Position numbers and translations under genes: made by a program. The notes under the pieces are model-generated. The model had not been told where the DNA came from, did not search any database, and worked only from the letters and a program-made list of their open reading frames with translations. A stretch of 41,571 bases of DNA from a virus. Shown piece after piece: positions 35,698-41,571 of the stretch. Where the stretch lies: UHGV virus genome UHGV-0131723; one strand, 5' to 3'. Each line of letters begins with the position of its first letter. Position 1 is the stretch's first letter.

Positions 35698-35772
35698 GCA
35701 TCCATAGTTTAAACGGGAAAATTACAGTCTTCCAAACTGAGGTTGAGGGTTCGATTCCCTCTGGATGCTCCA
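35698..35772 (+). tRNA. tRNA-Gly (UCC)
   Basis: Acceptor GCATCCA/TGGATGC; loop CTTCCAA; T-arm GAGGGTTCGATTCCCTC. Confidence 0.7.
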
Positions 35773-35778
35773 AACAAT

Positions 35779-35855
35779 GCTGCTTTCGTATAATTGGCTA
35801 TTACACATCCCTTGTAAGGATGGAAATGCAGGTTCGAGTCCTGTGAGCAGCACCA
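35779..35855 (+). tRNA. tRNA-Thr (UGU)
   Basis: Anticodon stem CATCC/GGATG, loop CTTGTAA. Confidence 0.7.
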
Positions 35856-35950
35856 ATTCAGAGGCCAAGTGAAAGACCGCTGGTGTCAACTGAAGACCGT
35901 AACAAATTCCACGGAGTTGAGTTAGCGGCACAACTTCAGACCTCTTTCAC

Positions 35951-36025
35951 ACTCGCTTAGTTTATATGGTAAAACATCACCCTTACAAGATGAAGAAAAA
36001 GGTTCAAGTCCTTTAGTGAGTACCA
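35951..36025 (+). tRNA. tRNA-Val (UAC)
   Basis: Loop CTTACAA; T-arm AAAGGTTCAAGTCCTTT; CCA encoded. Confidence 0.6.
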
Positions 36026-36026
36026 T

Positions 36027-36104
36027 GTTCCAGTATCCCAATTGGCAGAGGATGCAAGCTCAAACCTTGTACTAGTGACGGTTCGAATCCGTCTTGGAAC
36101 ACCA
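36027..36104 (+). tRNA. tRNA with CAA anticodon (Leu by code), short variable arm
   Basis: Anticodon stem GCAAG/CTTGT, loop CTCAAAC; discriminator A; 78 nt. Confidence 0.5.
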
Positions 36105-36109
36105 ATTTT

Positions 36110-36185
36110 GCAGGATTAGTTCAAATGGATAGAGCAACAGTCTACGAAGCTGTTAATAGGGGTTCGAATCCCTTATCCTGCGCCA
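36110..36185 (+). tRNA. tRNA-Arg (ACG)
   Basis: D-arm GTTC/GAGC; loop CTACGAA; CCA encoded. Confidence 0.7.
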
Positions 36186-36203
36186 GATAAGCAAGAGGAA
36201 TTT

Positions 36204-36446
36204 ATGCAAACATTAATCGTCGTTGAACATGAAAATCCCAATAGTATTGAGTTTGTAAGGGTTCCCACTATAGATACCCACATTTTCTTGAAAGTCGGAT
36301 GGGAATGCGACCCAATAAAAGTAGAAAGATTTATTGGTCATTGCTTTGGTGGAAGACAACTTAAAAGCATCAATTTTGAGACAATGTTACCAGAAAGCTC
36401 AGAAACAAATAATAATGCTTACCTCCTTACGAGGGTTAGACAATGA
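36204..36446 (+). CDS. Hypothetical protein embedded in tRNA cluster
   Basis: ORF track; AGAGGAA RBS. Confidence 0.5.
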   Translation: MQTLIVVEHENPNSIEFVRVPTIDTHIFLKVGWECDPIKVERFIGHCFGGRQLKSINFETMLPESSETNNNAYLLTRVRQ

Positions 36447-37000
36447 GATACTTAAAATATGTTTCATGGATTTTCTTAGCTTTGTTAGAACCATTTGCAG
36501 CAACCCTAGCAGTCATCTTAGCACCTTTCGTAGTTCCATCCTACAGTGAGAAGAAAGGACACTTACCTTTCGGGTTCAGATGGATGGAGACCTATGACAA
36601 CCCAATTGATGGTGATGAAGGTCACGTTAAAAGATGGGCTAATATTAGATGGATTGGTAAGCTGGGTGTCTACATGCAGAGAGTTGGATGGCTCTGGAGA
36701 AACAAAGCTTATAACTTCTCTTACCATGTATTAGGAAGAGATGTAAAAGATGTTACTAAGTGGAAAGGTAATATCAACGTAAGTTCTGACCCCGAAGATA
36801 ATCAGACAGGTTATCTCCTAATGTGGAACAGTAATGCTTGGGGATTATTCGCTTTTATCCCATCAATTAAAATCTTTGGTAAACAATTTTACTGGAGAAT
36901 TTATATTGGATGGAAACTAAAAAGTGTTGTCCCAGAAGAAAGAGCATTCTCAAGGGAAAGAGTTATGTTGGCATTCTTTATTCATCCACTGAGAAAGTAA
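36443..37000 (+). CDS. Hypothetical membrane protein embedded in tRNA cluster
   Basis: ORF track; N-terminal hydrophobic segment; ATGA overlap with upstream ORF. Confidence 0.5.
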   Translation: MRYLKYVSWIFLALLEPFAATLAVILAPFVVPSYSEKKGHLPFGFRWMETYDNPIDGDEGHVKRWANIRWIGKLGVYMQRVGWLWRNKAYNFSYHVLGRDVKDVTKWKGNINVSSDPEDNQTGYLLMWNSNAWGLFAFIPSIKIFGKQFYWRIYIGWKLKSVVPEERAFSRERVMLAFFIHPLRK

Positions 37001-37008
37001 AGATTTAA

Positions 37009-37084
37009 AGGGGATTAGTTTACAAGGTTAAAACCTCGGTCTTTGAAATCGAAGAAGTTGGTTCAATTCCAACATCCCCCGCCA
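37009..37084 (+). tRNA. tRNA-Gln (UUG)
   Basis: Loop CTTTGAA; T-arm GTTGGTTCAATTCCAAC; 1:72 A-C mismatch. Confidence 0.65.
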
Positions 37085-37086
37085 AT

Positions 37087-37165
37087 GCTCCATTACTCCA
37101 ATTGGCAGAGAGGCCAGACTTAAAATCTGTGTTATGTATCGGTTCGAATCCGATATGGAGTACCA
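37087..37165 (+). tRNA. tRNA with UAA anticodon (Leu by code), short variable arm
   Basis: Loop CTTAAAA; T-arm ATCGGTTCGAATCCGAT; discriminator A; 79 nt. Confidence 0.5.
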
Positions 37166-37170
37166 AATTT

Positions 37171-37246
37171 AGCGGTATAGCATAACTGGCAATGCAGCAG
37201 CCTCTGAAGCTGTCCTATTAAGGTTCAAATCCTTATGCCGCTGCCA
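37171..37246 (+). tRNA. tRNA-Gln (CUG)
   Basis: D-arm GCAT/ATGC; anticodon stem GCAGC/GCTGT, loop CTCTGAA. Confidence 0.65.
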
Positions 37247-37277
37247 CTTCTAAGGATTCTTGCGAGAGTCCTTAAAT

Positions 37278-37353
37278 GTGGCCTTATCATAAATGGTAAT
37301 GACCCATGCTGTGAACATGGTCTATACGGGTTCAAATCCCGTAGGTCACCCCA
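37278..37353 (+). tRNA. tRNA-His (GUG)
   Basis: Anticodon stem CCATG/CATGG, loop CTGTGAA; discriminator C. Confidence 0.7.
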
Positions 37354-37359
37354 ATTTAT

Positions 37360-37435
37360 AGTCCAAGTAGCTTATATGGTTAAAGCGCGTGTCTGAAAAA
37401 CATGAGAAGAGGGTTCAAATCCCACTGGACTACCA
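37360..37435 (+). tRNA. tRNA-Phe (GAA)
   Basis: D-arm GCTT/AAGC; anticodon stem CGTGT/ACATG, loop CTGAAAA; acceptor register uncertain by 1 nt. Confidence 0.55.
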
Positions 37436-37451
37436 ATTTCAAAGGTGCTTA

Positions 37452-38186
37452 ATGAAAGAGATGACAGAACAAGGTAAGGAGATTTTTAATCTCTTAAAAA
37501 CCGGTAAAGGGTTCTCTAACCCACTTATTACTGGTGCAGCAGTTCTCGGTGGAACCGTAGCTGCTTCTACATCACTTGTAAGCTCTATTAGTTCTGTAAC
37601 AGACCCTACAATGAAGGAGAAACTTGTTGCTGCTGGACTTACAACAGTCCTTCTAAACAGCTTTACAACAAGCCTGACAAGCACTACAGCAACTACTAAG
37701 ACCCTAACAGAATATGGTCAAAAGTCTATTGATGAGTTTTCATCACGTATGCAGGTAGCAAAGGGATACTCCAATGTTATGGGTGCAGCAGGAGAACAAG
37801 TTGGTTGTACACCATTCAGTGGTATTATGGGTGTTGCTACAGAATATGGTCAAAAAGCTATTGACATGATGAACAGTACACTAGATAGTGTTAATGGTGT
37901 GTTAAGTGACTTACAAGATGCTATTGACAAAGGTCTTGATACTATTTCTGATTTAGCTAACCAAGCTGTTAGTAAGATTAATGAAGGTATTTCGAAGATT
38001 ACAGCTTATGCAGATGAAGTTGTGCAGATGATTGAAGAAGAAGCTGCTCTTATTGCAGAGTACCTTAAAACGAATATCAATGGGTTCTTAGCAGGTATCT
38101 TACCAGACTGGTTTGATGATGCTTGTAAAACTGGTGTGATTGACACTATTGCAACACCAGAAATGAAGAACGCATTACAGAAATAA
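37452..38186 (+). CDS. Hypothetical protein with internal repeat
   Basis: ORF-track GTG start at 37389 lies inside tRNA-Phe; first ATG after AAAGGTG RBS is 37452; repeat TEYGQKSIDEF.../TEYGQKAIDMM... Confidence 0.5.
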   Translation: MKEMTEQGKEIFNLLKTGKGFSNPLITGAAVLGGTVAASTSLVSSISSVTDPTMKEKLVAAGLTTVLLNSFTTSLTSTTATTKTLTEYGQKSIDEFSSRMQVAKGYSNVMGAAGEQVGCTPFSGIMGVATEYGQKAIDMMNSTLDSVNGVLSDLQDAIDKGLDTISDLANQAVSKINEGISKITAYADEVVQMIEEEAALIAEYLKTNINGFLAGILPDWFDDACKTGVIDTIATPEMKNALQK

Positions 38187-38187
38187 T

Positions 38188-38280
38188 GGAAGATTAACCC
38201 TAAAAGGTAAGGGAGCAGTTTGCTAAACTGCCAGTAGCTGAGAAATCGGTGTACCAGTTCAAGTCTGGTATCTTCCTCCA
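38188..38280 (+). tRNA. tRNA-Ser (GCU), long variable arm
   Basis: 93 nt; anticodon stem GCAGT/ACTGC, loop TTGCTAA; T-arm ACCAGTTCAAGTCTGGT. Confidence 0.7.
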
Positions 38281-38284
38281 ATTT

Positions 38285-38360
38285 GAATCCGTGACAGAAA
38301 TGGCTATGTGCCTGTCTGCAAAACAGGTTTATAAGGGTTCGAGTCCCTTCGGATTCTCCA
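38285..38360 (+). tRNA. tRNA-Cys (GCA)
   Basis: Anticodon stem CCTGT/ACAGG, loop CTGCAAA; discriminator U; CCA encoded. Confidence 0.7.
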
Positions 38361-38397
38361 AGTTATTTTACTCTCTCTCAATTAAAATAATAATAAT

Positions 38398-38457
38398 GCC
38401 CTGCTATAAGTATTCTTCCTTTCGCTACCGAAGAGTATTTTTAGACAGGGCTTTTTT
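38398..38457 (+). terminator. Rho-independent terminator ending tRNA cluster
   Basis: GCCCTG...CAGGGC stem with nested inner hairpin, followed by TTTTTT. Confidence 0.55.
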
Positions 38458-38512
38458 ACAGAGCTATACTTTATAAGAAGACTTATACAGTATGTCTCTG
38501 ACGTACATTGTG

Positions 38513-38536
38513 GTTTCTCCTTGACGGTCTCTGTGC
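38513..38536 (+). terminator. Second hairpin terminator
   Basis: GACGG-TCTCTGTG-CCGTC followed by TTTTTT. Confidence 0.5.
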
Positions 38537-38582
38537 CGTCTTTTTTAAGGGGAAACATGGTTAATTATTTGGAGAAAACATA

Positions 38583-38783
38583 ATGAGCGAGACCGTTTAT
38601 AAAGAACTTTATGAAGCTAACAAGAAGCTAGAATTTATGCAGAATACTATCATGGCAATTGCAGACAGATTATCTGTAGCAACAGGCATTGATATTAAAG
38701 AAGCATCTATGGATGCACTTCTTGATGCTGTTGATGCAAAGTTCGAAGTTAAGAAAGAAGAGACTGCTACAGACTCTGAATAA
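38583..38783 (+). CDS. Hypothetical small helical protein upstream of terminase
   Basis: ORF track; GGAG RBS; position suggests a packaging accessory but 66 aa is small for a typical small terminase. Confidence 0.45.
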   Translation: MSETVYKELYEANKKLEFMQNTIMAIADRLSVATGIDIKEASMDALLDAVDAKFEVKKEETATDSE

Positions 38784-38804
38784 TTCTATTTGCGGAGGTG
38801 CTTA

Positions 38805-40406
38805 ATGGACTTAAATGCTGTTAAGCAGAAGCGAGTGGAAGATGTTAGGAAAGTCCTAGCTGGAGAGTTGGGGCTTTCTGATGAAGTAAAAGAAATTATC
38901 AAATCATTCGGTAAAGACCCCTCTAAATTCCTTCCAACTCAAATTCTGACTTTATTAAGATACACACCAGACCAAGTTAGACTTATCTTCAAATTGATGA
39001 CTGATAAGAACTATGTAGCCCCTCAGCCGGGTTCTCAAGAGGTCTTTTTAAATACTAATGCTGACTTGGTTCTCTATGGTGGTGCTGCGGGTGCTGGTAA
39101 GACTGCTGCATTGTTAATGGACTCTTTAAGGTTTATTGACGACCCTAATTATAACGCTGTATATTTCCGTCGAAATACAACACAGTTACAAGGTGGTTTG
39201 TGGCCTGCTGCAAAGAAACTATTTGGTAAGTTTGGTGGGGTTCCTCACGAGCAGAAGATGACTATCACATTCCCTTCTGGGGCAACTATCAAGTTTACCT
39301 ATCTAGAACTTGAAAAGCACGCTGAAGGTCATCAGGGTATTGAATACTCAGCTATTTACTTTGACGAAGGTACGCACTTCTCTGCTTCACAGATTTCATA
39401 CCTACAGACTCGTCTACGTTCTGGGGCTGAAGGCGATTCATACATGAAGATTTCTATGAACCCAGACAGAGACCATTTTATTTACGATTGGGTAGAACCT
39501 TTCTTAGATGAAGAAGGTTATCCAGACCCTGAAAAGTGTGGTCGTATTCGTTGGTATGTAATGAATGATGGTGTGATGGTTTCTGATTGGGAGAGAGACA
39601 AGATTCTTGAAATGTTCCCTCTTGAGATTCCTCAAACATACACCTTTATCTCTGGTACGATTGATGATAACCCAATCCTTGACTTCTTAGAACCTAAGTA
39701 CCGTGGTAAGTTGGAAAACAACACCCCTGTAAACGTTGCAAGACTTCGTTTCGGTAACTGGAAGGCTCGTGCAGAAGGTTCAAACTACTGGCAAAGACAA
39801 TGGTGTGAGATTGTTGATTCACTCCCAGAAGATGTATTTGATGTTAGAGCATGGGACTTAGCAGCAACTTTACCATCTGAGATTAACCCTAATCCAGACT
39901 GGACAGCAGGTGTTAAGATGGGTAAATCTAAAAAAGACGGTTGCTATTATATCATTGATGTAGTAAGATTTAGAGATAGACCCTCTGGAGTCGAAACACA
40001 AATTAATTTGACTGCTGAAAGTGACGGTAAGCGAACTGGTATTTTTATCCCTCAAGACCCAGGCGCTGCTGGTAAATCCTACGCAACATCCCTCATCAGG
40101 AAACTTGCCGAGAAAGGCTATCGTGCAAGAGCTAAACCAACAAATAAAGATAAAGTTACCCGATTTGCGGGGTTTTCTGCTGCTTCTGAAGCTGGACTTG
40201 TAAAAGTCTTGAGAGGTAGTTGGAATGAAGCTTACTTTCAAGAGCTTGAAGGCTTTTGTGGTGACGGCAAAACTAAAGATGACCAAGTGGATGCTACCAG
40301 TGATGCTTTCAACAGTCTTAACGAAGTTAAATTATTCAAGCCACCATCAATGGGTGCTCACACAGACTTAGTGAGAGGAAACCCATATGAGGGGCTTAGA
40401 CGTTGA
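38805..40406 (+). CDS. Terminase large subunit
   Basis: Walker A-like LYGGAAGAGKTAALL near N-terminus; ~530 aa; ORF-track TTG start replaced by ATG at 38805 after GGAGG. Confidence 0.8.
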   Translation: MDLNAVKQKRVEDVRKVLAGELGLSDEVKEIIKSFGKDPSKFLPTQILTLLRYTPDQVRLIFKLMTDKNYVAPQPGSQEVFLNTNADLVLYGGAAGAGKTAALLMDSLRFIDDPNYNAVYFRRNTTQLQGGLWPAAKKLFGKFGGVPHEQKMTITFPSGATIKFTYLELEKHAEGHQGIEYSAIYFDEGTHFSASQISYLQTRLRSGAEGDSYMKISMNPDRDHFIYDWVEPFLDEEGYPDPEKCGRIRWYVMNDGVMVSDWERDKILEMFPLEIPQTYTFISGTIDDNPILDFLEPKYRGKLENNTPVNVARLRFGNWKARAEGSNYWQRQWCEIVDSLPEDVFDVRAWDLAATLPSEINPNPDWTAGVKMGKSKKDGCYYIIDVVRFRDRPSGVETQINLTAESDGKRTGIFIPQDPGAAGKSYATSLIRKLAEKGYRARAKPTNKDKVTRFAGFSAASEAGLVKVLRGSWNEAYFQELEGFCGDGKTKDDQVDATSDAFNSLNEVKLFKPPSMGAHTDLVRGNPYEGLRR

Positions 40407-40422
40407 TAGCTAGGTGAGAAGA

Positions 40423-41571
40423 ATGGCAGAAATTACAGAAACACAAGAAAGCTTACCACCATTTAGAATGGGTGAAGTAGGTTCTTTGGGTCTGAAGGTT
40501 AAGAATGGAAGAATCTATGAAGAACCTCGTCAGGCACTAAGGTTCCCTGAAAGTATTAAAACTTTCCAATTAATGATGCGTGACCCTGCTGTAGCAGCAT
40601 CTGTGAATATTATTAAGATGTTTGTCAGAAAAGTCAACTGGAGATTCGTACCTCCAAAGGGAAAAGAGCAAGACCCTAAAATGCTTGAAAGAGCAGACTT
40701 CTTTAATTCTTTAATGGATGACATGGAGCATGATTGGGCAGATTTTATTAACTCTGTAATGTCATTCTGCACTTATGGGTTCTGTGTTAACGAAAAGGTT
40801 TATAAGAAACGTCAGGGTAAAAAAGGAAAGTACCAGTCAAAATTTGATGATGGTCTAATTGGGTGGGCTAAATTACCAATCAGAAACCAGTCAACACTTG
40901 ATAAGTGGTATTTTGACGAAGACTTTAGGAAAGTTACTGGTGTTAGACAGAATCTGAGAAATGTTTCACATATTGCTGGAGCAATTAATCTTGGAGAAAG
41001 ACCTCTAACAAGAAAACTTCCACGAGCTAAATTCATGCTGTTTAAGTATGACGATGAATATGGAAATCCAGAAGGTCGTTCACCACTACTTAATGCTTAT
41101 GTACCGTGGAAATATAAAGTACAGATTGAAGAGTATGAGGCTGTTGGCGTTTCAAGAGACTTAGTAGGTATGCCAAAGATTGGTTTACCACCAGACTATC
41201 TAGATGAAAATGCAGAACCTGAAAAGAAAGCTTTCGTACAATACTGCAAAACTGTTGTTAACGATATGATTGCTAATGATAGAGCAGGTTTAATCTGGCC
41301 TAGATATATCGACCCAGATACTAAAGAGGATATTTTTGAGTTCTCATTAGTTTCTAGACAGGGTGCTAAAGCATACGATACAGGTTCTATTATTGACAGA
41401 TATTCCAAGCAGATTATGATGGCATTTATGTCAGATGTTCTTGCTATGGGTCAGTCAAAATATGGTTCATTCTCTCTTGCAGATTCTAAGACGAGTTTAC
41501 TAGCAATGTCAGTAGATATTCTGCTGAAGCAAATTAAGAACGTAATTAACCGTGATTTAGTTGCACAGACT
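40423..41571 (+). CDS. Putative portal protein (3' end outside window)
   Basis: Open frame from ATG 40423 to window end, AGGTGAGAAG RBS, immediately after terminase; function from position. Confidence 0.55.
   Translation, partial: MAEITETQESLPPFRMGEVGSLGLKVKNGRIYEEPRQALRFPESIKTFQLMMRDPAVAASVNIIKMFVRKVNWRFVPPKGKEQDPKMLERADFFNSLMDDMEHDWADFINSVMSFCTYGFCVNEKVYKKRQGKKGKYQSKFDDGLIGWAKLPIRNQSTLDKWYFDEDFRKVTGVRQNLRNVSHIAGAINLGERPLTRKLPRAKFMLFKYDDEYGNPEGRSPLLNAYVPWKYKVQIEEYEAVGVSRDLVGMPKIGLPPDYLDENAEPEKKAFVQYCKTVVNDMIANDRAGLIWPRYIDPDTKEDIFEFSLVSRQGAKAYDTGSIIDRYSKQIMMAFMSDVLAMGQSKYGSFSLADSKTSLLAMSVDILLKQIKNVINRDLVAQT

Noticed and set aside
33450-35931. ORF-track ORFs inside the tRNA cluster (33450..33689 -, 33989..34246 -, 35163..35360 +, 35722..35931 -)
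   Set aside because: They overlap hand-folded tRNA genes or tRNA spacers, have no RBS, and are typical chance ORFs.
37389-37451. GTG start at 37389 for the 37389..38186 ORF
   Set aside because: This start lies inside tRNA-Phe (37360-37435); the first ATG with an RBS after the tRNA is 37452.
38006-38476. ORFs 38006..38281 (-) and 38249..38476 (+)
   Set aside because: They overlap tRNA-Ser and tRNA-Cys and the downstream terminator; the minus one is antisense to a credible CDS.
3598-38804. TTG/GTG starts proposed by the ORF track at 3598, 12245, 13550, 16021, 18077, 38790
   Set aside because: Each has an ATG 6-15 nt downstream placed correctly after a GGAG-type RBS, so the shorter ATG-initiated frames were used.
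1-41571. Prophage or integrative element interpretation
   Set aside because: No integrase, repressor, att-like tRNA-flank duplication or host-like genes are visible; gene content fits a virulent phage.

Overview
This 41.6-kb window reads as part of a large virulent tailed dsDNA phage genome (AT-rich, tightly packed genes, no integrase seen). The layout is a plus-strand early/metabolic block (1-21.9 kb), a 1.6-kb repeat-rich non-coding zone between convergent terminators, a minus-strand block (23.6-30.9 kb) containing a GH24 endolysin, then a plus-strand block with a vWA-domain protein, a tRNA cluster of about 27 genes (33.2-38.4 kb) and the start of the packaging module (large terminase, portal). 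Recognisable genes by motif: NrdD C-terminus, NrdG, two HNH endonucleases, a PRPP-synthetase-like plus NadV-like pair, rIIA/rIIB, an overlapping spanin-like pair, and a macro-domain-like protein. The most unusual feature is a 6.4-kb array of 15 small ORFs (15.5-21.9 kb), each preceded by one of two conserved promoter/stem-loop/RBS cassettes. The gene content is reminiscent of Felix-O1-type phages, but that is inference from memory, not a search. All coordinates and calls are by eye from the sequence and ORF track; tRNA boundaries and anticodons were folded by hand and may be off by 1-2 nt.
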